Assembly (NCBI GenBank): GCA_963720415.1 | Contig: CAVRFQ010000011.1 | Location: 16,169-80,168, forward strand | Length of the DNA: 64,000 nucleotides | Source: an uncultured Solirubrobacteraceae bacterium | GTDB taxonomy: Bacteria > Actinomycetota > Thermoleophilia > Solirubrobacterales > Solirubrobacteraceae | Reading direction: 5' to 3' | Part shown: in pieces, positions 17,819 to 25,352 of the stretch | Layout: each line of letters begins with the position of its first letter | Position numbering within the stretch: the first letter of the stretch is position 1 | The notes under the pieces: model-generated | Told to the model about the DNA's origin: nothing | Databases searched by the model: none | The model's input: the letters and a program-made list of their open reading frames with translations, nothing else | Made by a program: the position numbers and the translations under genes

Positions 17819-20248
17819 TCAGCGGCCGATGCGCAGCGCCGAGTCCTCGATCGTCGCGAGCCCGTCCATGCCGCCGAGGGCGGTCTCGGGCCCGAGGCCG
17901 CCCTCCGATCCGAGGAAGACCACCGCCGCGTCGTCGAGGCTCACCGGCTCCGCGACGCCGACCACGAGGTCGAGGATGCGGTCGCCGTTCACGTCGAGCA
18001 GCGACAGCGACTCGCCGAAGGCCGCGCCCTTCGCGGCGTCGTGCTCGAGCGTCAGCGTGTCGGCCTTGCCCTCGATCGAGCGCGCGCCGTGGATGACGGC
18101 GACCGCGCCCGCGGCGCCGGAGTAGCGCGCGCCGACGATCACGTCCCCCAGCCCGTCGCCGTTCGTGTCGCCGGCCTCGACCGCGTGCCCGAACTCGGTG
18201 CCGCCCTCGACCGGCAGGCCGGCGAGGTCCTCCGTGACGACGATCGGCTCGGCCACCGGCCCGTCCTCGCCGGCGCCCCACAGCCGCACCTCGCCCTCGC
18301 GCGCGGTCTCGCCGTCCCACGGCGCCTGGTCGCCCTGGACGACCTCCAGGTACCGGTCCCCGTTGAGGTTGCCGATGGCGAGCGCCGAGGTCCCCCAGCC
18401 GCCGGAGTCCGGGAACTCGGTGCAGGCGGTCGGTCCGTCGGGTGTCCCGGGGCAGTACGCGATGTGGCCGATGAGCTCGTTGTCGGGCTCGCCCATCGTG
18501 CCCTCGACGAGGTCGAGGTTGCCGTCGCGGTCGACGTCCCCGACCTCGAGGAAGCGCCCGAAGCCGACCGTCTCGTTCTCCGGGGGCTCGAGTCGCCGCG
18601 CGCGGTCGGCCGCCAGGCCGTCGGCGCCGCCGAAGAAGACGTGCACGGCGCCGTCGAGGTCGTTGCGCCGGTCCGCCGGCGATCCGGGGGTGCCGACCAC
18701 GAGGTCCGCGAAGCCGTCGCGGTCCAGGTCGCCGGCCGTCAGCGCGAACCCGAACGCCTCCGCCTGCGGCGGGGCCGACAGGAGGGTCGGCCGCAGCGGC
18801 GCGCCCCGGCGGGCCGGCGCCGACTCGTCCCCGTAGAGGAGCGCAACGATGTTGCGGCCGGGCGCGCCGATGGCCAGGTCCTGCTCGCCGTCGTCGTCGA
18901 AGTCGGCGCTCGCCAGCGCGGCGCCGTAGCGGTCGCCGCGTCGTCCGGCGCCCAGGCCTGCCGCCTCGGAGCTGATCAGCGAGGCCTCCCCGTTGTCGGG
19001 GCCGGGGTGGACGAGGACCATCCCGGCGCGCTCCGTGCCGCCTTCCGGCGAGCCGCCGGAGGCGCCCAGCACCACCTGCTGGCTGCCGTCGCGGTTGAAG
19101 TCGTACGGCGCGAACCGCTCGTCGTCCCCGCCGCCGCCGGCCAGCACGACCACGCCGGCCGCGACGGCGGCCACGGCAGCGGCCGCGCCGGCGGCCGCCA
19201 CCGCCGGGCGGCGCCACCATGGCGCAGGAGGCGGAGGTCGAGGCGGTGGTGGCGGAGGCGGGTCGCGCTTGCCGAGCGCCTCGCGCGCCGCCGCCTTCAC
19301 CGAGTCGCTGTCGTCGCGCGCCAGGCCCTCGAGCGTGTCGCGCGCGAGCGCCGCGAGCCCCGGCGCGCCCGAGCCCATGAGCGCGGCCAGCTCGCTCACC
19401 GCTCCCAGGCGGATCCCGGCCAGGTTGCTGCGCACCGCCGTGCCGAGCTCCGGCGGCAGCTTGACCCGGCGCGTGCTGTGGGCGATCACGATGTCGCCGC
19501 TCACCTCGCCGCTCATCCGCGGCGTCTGGTGCGCCGAGATCTCGCGCACCCGCGAGCGCGCGTAGTCGTAGAGGTCGTCGACCGAGATCGCGCCGTCGTC
19601 GTCGGTGTCCGCCTCGCCGGTGCGCAGGCCCTCGATCAGCACGCGGGTGAACAGCGACCCCGGCTCGGCGGCGTCCAGCTCGTTGATCCCGGTGGCGGGG
19701 TCGGACTCCTCGAACGCGTACTCGAGCTCGCTCGACGCCGTCAGCGTCACCCGCCCGTGGCCGTCGAAGCGATGCTCGACGTCGACGCTCAGCGCGCTCT
19801 TGGGCACGAGCCCCTTGCCGAACGCCCCGCTGTGGCAGCAGTCGAGCACCACGACGATCGACCTGGCGCGGCTGGAGTCCATCGCCTCGTTGACGAAGCG
19901 GTCCTCGATGGCGGTCGTCCGCACCCACTCGAGCTCGGTGCTCGCCGTCGCGAAGTAGAAGCGCCGGTCCTGCGACAGCACGCCGTGGCCGGAGAAGTAG
20001 AAGAGCAGCAGGTCGTTGCGCGCGCTGTCGCGGAAGAACTCCTCGATCCGCTTCTTGATCGTGTCGGTGGGCTCGTCGACGAGCTGCTGGACGTCGAAGC
20101 CGCCGATCGCCGGGTCGCCGAGCACGCCGGCGAGCGCCGCGACGTCACCGGTCGGCGCCCGCAGCGAGGCCAGGCCGGGATCGCCGTAGGTGCCGCTGGC
20201 GATCAGCAGCGCGCGGCGCGAGCGTCCCGGCGCGTCATCCGCCGCCAT
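17819..20248 (-). CDS. caspase-like (peptidase C14) - HEAT repeat - TM - 7x FG-GAP beta-propeller protein
   Basis: N-terminal RRALLIASGTY..LLLFYFSGHG (His)..VVVLDCCHSG (Cys). HEAT-like LAGIRLGAVSELAALM..SVKAAAREALGK. Poly-Pro linker, then TM WWRRPAVAAAGAAAAVAAVAAGVVVLAG. Seven FG..gD.d.DG..DL.vG repeats (e.g. FGFALTAGDLDRDGFADLVVGTPG). Confidence 0.9.
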   Translation of the reverse strand: MAADDAPGRSRRALLIASGTYGDPGLASLRAPTGDVAALAGVLGDPAIGGFDVQQLVDEPTDTIKKRIEEFFRDSARNDLLLFYFSGHGVLSQDRRFYFATASTELEWVRTTAIEDRFVNEAMDSSRARSIVVVLDCCHSGAFGKGLVPKSALSVDVEHRFDGHGRVTLTASSELEYAFEESDPATGINELDAAEPGSLFTRVLIEGLRTGEADTDDDGAISVDDLYDYARSRVREISAHQTPRMSGEVSGDIVIAHSTRRVKLPPELGTAVRSNLAGIRLGAVSELAALMGSGAPGLAALARDTLEGLARDDSDSVKAAAREALGKRDPPPPPPPRPPPPAPWWRRPAVAAAGAAAAVAAVAAGVVVLAGGGGDDERFAPYDFNRDGSQQVVLGASGGSPEGGTERAGMVLVHPGPDNGEASLISSEAAGLGAGRRGDRYGAALASADFDDDGEQDLAIGAPGRNIVALLYGDESAPARRGAPLRPTLLSAPPQAEAFGFALTAGDLDRDGFADLVVGTPGSPADRRNDLDGAVHVFFGGADGLAADRARRLEPPENETVGFGRFLEVGDVDRDGNLDLVEGTMGEPDNELIGHIAYCPGTPDGPTACTEFPDSGGWGTSALAIGNLNGDRYLEVVQGDQAPWDGETAREGEVRLWGAGEDGPVAEPIVVTEDLAGLPVEGGTEFGHAVEAGDTNGDGLGDVIVGARYSGAAGAVAVIHGARSIEGKADTLTLEHDAAKGAAFGESLSLLDVNGDRILDLVVGVAEPVSLDDAAVVFLGSEGGLGPETALGGMDGLATIEDSALRIGR

Positions 20249-20594
20249 GGCGCGCCAGGAACGTCTCGACGAGCCGCCGCTGGTCGGCGTCGGACGCGTT
20301 CTCGACCGTGAGCTTGTCGCCGTCGATCTCGAGCGTGACCGCGGCCTTCGGGTGGCGCTCGAGCCACGCCTGGAGGGCCATGATCATCGGCGGCACGGTG
20401 CCGACGAGCGTCACCACCAGCTGCGCCCATTCGACGGCGCCGCCCTTGGCGCCGGCGGGCGCCGGCATCGACGGGTGCGACACGTCGTCCACGCCGCGGT
20501 CGAGCATCTCCTCCCGCAGGCGCCAGGCGAGATCCGCTCGCTCCTCGTCGTCGCTGTCCGGAAAGCCCACGACCTGCAGGCGGATCTCGGTCAT
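20235..20594 (-). CDS. small EACC1-like protein (effector-associated constant component; assignment from memory)
   Basis: Start set at ATG 20594 (GGAG 7 nt upstream): MTEIRLQVVGFPDSDDEERADLAWRLREEML..PAGAKGGAVEWAQLVVTLVGTVPPMIMALQAWLERHP..VTLEIDGDKLTVENASDADQRRLVETFL. 119 aa. Its stop lies 14 nt inside the caspase gene. Confidence 0.65.
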   Translation of the reverse strand: MTEIRLQVVGFPDSDDEERADLAWRLREEMLDRGVDDVSHPSMPAPAGAKGGAVEWAQLVVTLVGTVPPMIMALQAWLERHPKAAVTLEIDGDKLTVENASDADQRRLVETFLARHGGG

Positions 20595-20697
20595 GACAGC
20601 TCCGACCGTAACCCCTTTCGTCAGCCGCGCGCAAGCGCGCGCCGCTCCGCGGCGCGCAGCCACGAGCCGCGCACCATCCCGCTGCCGGGGCGGACGA

Positions 20698-20877
20698 CGA
20701 GCCAAGTAGCGGGCGGGCGATCCGCAGCGAGCGCAGCCCGAGCAGGACCGTGGCGAGGCGCATCTCGGCGACCGTCACCGCGCGGGCGGCCGCCAGGGCG
20801 GCCTCGGGCGAGGCGGCGACGGCGCGCTCGTGCCGGTCCCGCCAGTCGGGATCGGGCAGGACGTCGTCGAGCGTCAT
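20698..20877 (-). pseudogene. possible 5' fragment of an SRPBCC-like/hypothetical gene
   Basis: The first ~60 codons of ORF 20203..20877 (MTLDDVLPDPDWRDRHERAVAASPEAALAAARAVTVAEMRLATVLLGLRSLRIARPLL) look protein-like. The rest is junk and runs into the EACC1-like gene. Confidence 0.3.
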
Positions 20878-20894
20878 GAACGGATGATCGCGGT

Positions 20895-20922
20895 GGAGGG
20901 GCCGCCGGGCGGCGGCCCCTCC
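20895..20922 (-). terminator. GC hairpin after large M14 gene (GGAGGGGCCGCC-gggc-GGCGGCCCCTCC)
   Basis: 12-bp perfect stem and 4-nt loop, 13 nt after the stop at 20935-20937 on the minus strand. No U-tract. Confidence 0.45.
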
Positions 20923-20934
20923 CCGCGAGCGTGC

Positions 20935-23900
20935 TCAGTCGAGCAGGTGGCGCACGGTGCGGCGCATCACCGCGTTGCGCTCGGCCTGCGTCGCGATCCC
21001 CTCGAACCCGAAGCCGAAGAGCAGCGAGTCCGGGGTGCTGATCGTGGCGCCGACCGGGAACCCGGAGTCGTCCGTCCGGATCCAGTTGTTGGCGTTCGCC
21101 CCGCTGGACGCGGGCTGGGCGGGAGTCCAGCCGTCGAACCCGGCCTCGAACGACGTGGTGCTGCCGTCCGGCAGCACGAAGTCGTCGAGGAAGACGCCGA
21201 GGTTCTGGACGGACCAGTCGCTGACGTAGGCGATCGAGATCTCGACCGTCTCGCCGGCGTAGCCGTCCAGGTCGATGCTCCACTGCTGCCAGCCGGCGGA
21301 GTTGCCGGAGGCGCCGTTCCACACGCCGGTCGAGCCCGTCGACGTGCACGTGTCCGGCGGGCCGGGCACGAACGTCGCGTAGTGGTCGATCTGCGGGTGG
21401 ATGTCCCGGAGCGCGGCGTCGCAGCTGTCACCGGGGTCGGTGTTGGTGTGCCCGTTGGCGTCCGGCAGCGTCGTCCAGTCGTCGCCGCCCGGCGTGCGGG
21501 CCTCCACGAACAGGTGGTCCCAGTCCGGCTCGGTGTCGTACGAGGTCCAGAACGTGAAGTCGCCGCCGCCCGCGGGCACGGCGATCTCGCGCGTCAGGCG
21601 CTTGTACGTCACGTCGGCGATCTGGGAGTACACGTACTGCGTGCCCGTGCGCGGCGAGAACGGCCCGCCGGGCTTGTCCCACCGGGACGACGGCCAGCTG
21701 TTGAACTGCGGGAACTGGCTCCGCGGCAGGATGCCGCTCGTCGAGACGAACGACGCGCTCATGCCCTGGTTGTCGGCGCTCTCCGGGCCGCCGAAGCCCC
21801 ACGTCAGGCCCGCGAACGGATCGTCGAGCCCGGCGATGTCGAACTGGTTGCCCTCCTCGTCGAAACCGTCGCCCGGCGCTATCGCGTACGCGCCGAACCA
21901 GTACTCGAGCACGTCCCCGACGAGGTCGCTCTGCGGCGCCCCGAAGAGCCCGAGGCAGCGCCGGGGCTCGAACGCCGGGTTCGGCTCCCCGTCGATGAAG
22001 CACGGGCCCTCGCCCTTCGGGTCGTAGAACTGCTGGCCCACCGCGCCGCCGGACACGAACTGGTGGCCGGCGAAGGCGCCGGTGTAGAGCACCCTGCCGC
22101 CCTCGTTCATGTACGAGCGGAACTCGAGGATCTCGTCGAGCGCGAGCCGGTCCGCGTTGCCCGCGCCCCAGCCCGTGCGACGGGTGACGGCGTCGTCGCC
22201 CGTGTACCAGATGACCGCGTCGTAGTGGCTGAGCACGCCGAGGTGGTCCGGCGCCGTGCGCCCGCGGGCGTCGACGTCGTACACGTCGGCCTTCACGCCG
22301 TTGGCCCGGAGCGCGTCGAGGTAGTAGTCGAGGTAGTGCGGACCGGGCGTCTGCACGGGCGAGGCGCCCGTGTAGTCCTCGGCCGCCACCACGAGCACCT
22401 TGCGGTTCGAGTCGGACACGACCTCGTAGGTGAACGAGTCGGAGCGGTACTCCCTGCGCCCCTCGTCGCCCTCGAACCAGACCTTGACCCGGTCGCCGGG
22501 GTCGCCGCCCTTCACCACGCCGCGCAGCTCGTGGTAGTAGACGGCGGCCGGCTTGTACTTCTCGCCGCCGCGCCACTCCTTGGTGCTCGCGCTCTGCGTC
22601 CGGCCGTTGTTGATCCGGTACTTGAGCGTGACGTTCCCGAGGCTCCGCTTGGCCAGCACGTGCACCGGCTGCGGGTCGCCATAGGAGTAGTCGAACGAGA
22701 AGTTCGCGCCCGGGATGCCGCCCTTGTACGGGTCGTCGCTCTCGAGGTAGAACGGCTTGGTCTCGATGCCCAGCGACGAGTCCGGGTCGTCCGGGTCGTC
22801 CGCGGACTCGACCACCGACTTCGCGAACGGCAGGTTGCGCTCGAACTCGGCCTGCACCAGCGCCTCGTCGTCGGGGAACACGAAGCCGCAGCCCTCGCAG
22901 CCCTCGGACAGCTCGGGCGTCCACGCGAGCGCGCCGCGCTCGGCGTGGGCGTAGTCCGTCGTCTCGCCGTTGGTGACGTAGAGGACGTCGGAGCTCAGGC
23001 CCGGATGGAAGTCCGGGATCGCCGGCTCGTCGAGGTTGCCCGACAGGGCGTAGTAGATCGGGTCGTCGGCGGTCGCCGTGCCGATCTGCCAGCCCTCGGC
23101 GTAGAGCAGCCACTGCCCGGCCGAGTGCCAGTTGACGTGGAAGCGGAAGTCGAGGTCGTCGAGCAGGCCCTTCAGGGCCTTGGTCTCGCGCTCGGAGCCG
23201 GCGCTCGGCCCGCGGTAGGTCTCGCTCGAGAAGATCGAGGACGAGCCCTCCTCGTCGTACTTCCAGTGCGCGGGCCAGTTGCGGTTCGGGTCGACGCCGT
23301 CGCCGATGTTGACGATGCCGTCGCCGTTGTTGTCGCGCAGGTTCTTGCGCCACAGCCGCTCGCCCTCGAACGTGTACTGATAGCCGTCCGGGTTGGCGCT
23401 CAGCACGAACCACAGCTCGGTCTCGCCGAGCAGGTCGCGGACGTGCCGGTTGCCCGAGTTGTAGCGGTCGATGTAGTAGTGCATGAGCCGCCGGTTGACC
23501 TCCGGCGTGATCCACTCGCGGGCGTGCTGGTTGGAGCTGAAGAGCACGGCGTCCCGCTTTCCGTCCTTCACGGAGCGGGCGTCCTTGGTGACCTTCAGCG
23601 CGAGGATCTCGCGCCCGTTGAGCGTGGTCCCGAGCTTCACCAGCTTGGTGAGCTTCGGGTTCTCGCGCGCGGTCTCGCGCAGCTCGTCGCGGAGGCCGCC
23701 GGGCTCGTCCCACGAGCGCCACACGTTGAAGCCGTTGGCCGCCTGGCGAGCGGCGAACTGCTGCACGGTCAGCCCACCCTTCACGCGCGTGAGCTGCGCG
23801 TTCACGCCGTCCGCGGCGAGCTTGTCGCGCTGGTCGGCGGTCATGATCAGGTCGACCTCGGTCCCGCCGCGCACCTTCCTCGCGCCCTCGAGATCGAAGC

Positions 23901-24042
23901 CCGAGGCGGTCACGGCCGCCAGCCCGCGCGCGTCGACGATCGCCGTGTAGGCGTCGAGGCGATCGCGCGCGGCGGCGCCTGCAGGCGCGGCCACGACCAG
24001 GAGGGCAGCCGCAACCGCGGCAGCCAGCAAGCACCTACGCAT
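20935..24042 (-). CDS. large secreted M14-family carboxypeptidase with ~600-aa C-terminal extension
   Basis: Start set at ATG 24042 (GGGGAGGGG SD upstream). Signal peptide MRRCLLAAAVAAALLVVAAPAGAA. Motifs SSNQHAREWITPE, VLSANPDGYQY, DPNRNW, WHSAGQWLLY. 1035 aa. Confidence 0.9.
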   Translation of the reverse strand: MRRCLLAAAVAAALLVVAAPAGAAARDRLDAYTAIVDARGLAAVTASGFDLEGARKVRGGTEVDLIMTADQRDKLAADGVNAQLTRVKGGLTVQQFAARQAANGFNVWRSWDEPGGLRDELRETARENPKLTKLVKLGTTLNGREILALKVTKDARSVKDGKRDAVLFSSNQHAREWITPEVNRRLMHYYIDRYNSGNRHVRDLLGETELWFVLSANPDGYQYTFEGERLWRKNLRDNNGDGIVNIGDGVDPNRNWPAHWKYDEEGSSSIFSSETYRGPSAGSERETKALKGLLDDLDFRFHVNWHSAGQWLLYAEGWQIGTATADDPIYYALSGNLDEPAIPDFHPGLSSDVLYVTNGETTDYAHAERGALAWTPELSEGCEGCGFVFPDDEALVQAEFERNLPFAKSVVESADDPDDPDSSLGIETKPFYLESDDPYKGGIPGANFSFDYSYGDPQPVHVLAKRSLGNVTLKYRINNGRTQSASTKEWRGGEKYKPAAVYYHELRGVVKGGDPGDRVKVWFEGDEGRREYRSDSFTYEVVSDSNRKVLVVAAEDYTGASPVQTPGPHYLDYYLDALRANGVKADVYDVDARGRTAPDHLGVLSHYDAVIWYTGDDAVTRRTGWGAGNADRLALDEILEFRSYMNEGGRVLYTGAFAGHQFVSGGAVGQQFYDPKGEGPCFIDGEPNPAFEPRRCLGLFGAPQSDLVGDVLEYWFGAYAIAPGDGFDEEGNQFDIAGLDDPFAGLTWGFGGPESADNQGMSASFVSTSGILPRSQFPQFNSWPSSRWDKPGGPFSPRTGTQYVYSQIADVTYKRLTREIAVPAGGGDFTFWTSYDTEPDWDHLFVEARTPGGDDWTTLPDANGHTNTDPGDSCDAALRDIHPQIDHYATFVPGPPDTCTSTGSTGVWNGASGNSAGWQQWSIDLDGYAGETVEISIAYVSDWSVQNLGVFLDDFVLPDGSTTSFEAGFDGWTPAQPASSGANANNWIRTDDSGFPVGATISTPDSLLFGFGFEGIATQAERNAVMRRTVRHLLD

Positions 24043-24086
24043 ATGTGTCCCCTCCCCACTGGAAATGGAGTAGGCGGTGAAGCCTT

Positions 24087-25352
24087 TCACTCGGTCGCGC
24101 CGTGCGCAACTTCCTGATAGCGCGAGTCGTACGACCACAGGCGCGGCATCGCCGCCGTCAGCGCGGCGATGCCGCCCACGCAGACCACGCCGCCCGCCAC
24201 CACCGAGGCCCGCAGGCCGAGCAGCGCGGCCGCGGCGCCCGCCTCGGCGTTGCCGAGCAGCGGCCCCGAGGACCACGAGATCATCTCCAGGCCGGCGAGC
24301 CGCCCGCGCAGGCGGTCGGGGATCGTCTCGTTCCAGATCGTCGCCCGGAACACGCCGGAGATCGCGTCCGCCCCGCCGGCCAGCGCCAGGAAGAACAGCG
24401 CGAGCCACAGCTCATGGGCGAGCCCGAACGCCGCGATCGCGACGCCCCAGCCGCACGCGGCCAGAACCACGGCGCGCCCGTGGCGGTGCACCCGCGCGGT
24501 CCAGCCGCTCGCGGCCAGGACGATCACCGCGCCGGCCGACGGCGCCGCGTAGAGCAGGCCGACCACCGCCCCGCCGCCGTAGTCGGCGGCCAGCGCCGGG
24601 AAGAGCGCCATCGGCATGGCGAAGAACATGGCGACCATGTCGACGAGGTAGGTGCCGAGCAGCTCCTGCCGCGAGCGGGCGAACTGCAGGCCCTCGACGA
24701 TCGCCTTCAGCCCGAGCGGCTGGCGCTCGGTCGGCGGCGGCGTGCGCATGGCGGCCAGCGCGGCGAGCGAGATCACGAACGTCGCGAGGTCGACGGCGTA
24801 CGTGACGCCGTAGCCGGCCGACGCGATCAGCACGCCCGCGACCGCCGGCCCGGCCAGCGATGCGAGGTTCGAGACCCCCCAGCTGAGCGCGCTCGCGGCC
24901 TTCAGCTCGTCGCGCTCCACGAGCCGCGGCAGCATGGCGTCGAGCGGCGGCCGGCGGATGGCCGAGAAGCCCGCGATCAGCGCCGCGGCCACGTAGAGGA
25001 ACCAGACGTGGGGATCCTCGAGCGTCGCGTTGAGCACCAGCCCGCCGACCGCCACGATGGCACCGACCTCGGCGAGCATGACGAGCCGCCGGCGGTCGAA
25101 CGCGTCGGCCAGCGCGCCGCCGACCAGCGCGAGCACGAGGATCGGCACGAACTCGGCGATCCCGAGCAGCCCGACGGCGACGGTCGAGCCGGTGAGCTCG
25201 TAGACCTGCACCGGGACCGCGACCAGCGTGATCATCGAGCCGAGCAGCGAGGTCGCCTGCCCGAAGATGAGCAGGCGCAGCTCCCGCCGCCGGCGCAGGA
25301 GGTCCGCGTCGACGGCGAGCGCGCGCAGGATCCGCGCGAGGCGCTGCCTCAC
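24087..25352 (-). CDS. MFS transporter
   Basis: 421 aa, multi-TM profile (LIFGQATSLLGSMITLVAVPVQVYELTGS.. EntS-like). GTG 25352 overlaps upstream TGA (GTGA). Confidence 0.9.
   Translation of the reverse strand: MRQRLARILRALAVDADLLRRRRELRLLIFGQATSLLGSMITLVAVPVQVYELTGSTVAVGLLGIAEFVPILVLALVGGALADAFDRRRLVMLAEVGAIVAVGGLVLNATLEDPHVWFLYVAAALIAGFSAIRRPPLDAMLPRLVERDELKAASALSWGVSNLASLAGPAVAGVLIASAGYGVTYAVDLATFVISLAALAAMRTPPPTERQPLGLKAIVEGLQFARSRQELLGTYLVDMVAMFFAMPMALFPALAADYGGGAVVGLLYAAPSAGAVIVLAASGWTARVHRHGRAVVLAACGWGVAIAAFGLAHELWLALFFLALAGGADAISGVFRATIWNETIPDRLRGRLAGLEMISWSSGPLLGNAEAGAAAALLGLRASVVAGGVVCVGGIAALTAAMPRLWSYDSRYQEVAHGATE

Noticed and set aside
16962-19928. 988-aa minus-strand ORF overlapping the caspase and M14 genes out of frame
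   Set aside because: It is an Arg/Gly/Ala-rich alternative frame that spans two real genes and their intergenic gap.
15305-20311. 1668-aa plus-strand ORF, the longest in the track
   Set aside because: The composition is Arg/Ala/Gly/Val/Asp-rich low complexity with no motifs. It lies exactly antisense to the domain-rich M14 and caspase genes. This is a typical stop-free shadow frame in G+C-rich DNA.
14495-24042. The caspase/peptidase block as a mobile genomic island or prophage
   Set aside because: No integrase, transposase, tRNA target, flanking direct repeats or obvious compositional break was seen. Only a truncated gene fragment at 20698-20877 hints at rearrangement.
20830-24117. 1095-aa plus-strand ORF
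   Set aside because: It is the antisense shadow of the large M14 carboxypeptidase gene, and no recognisable motifs are present.
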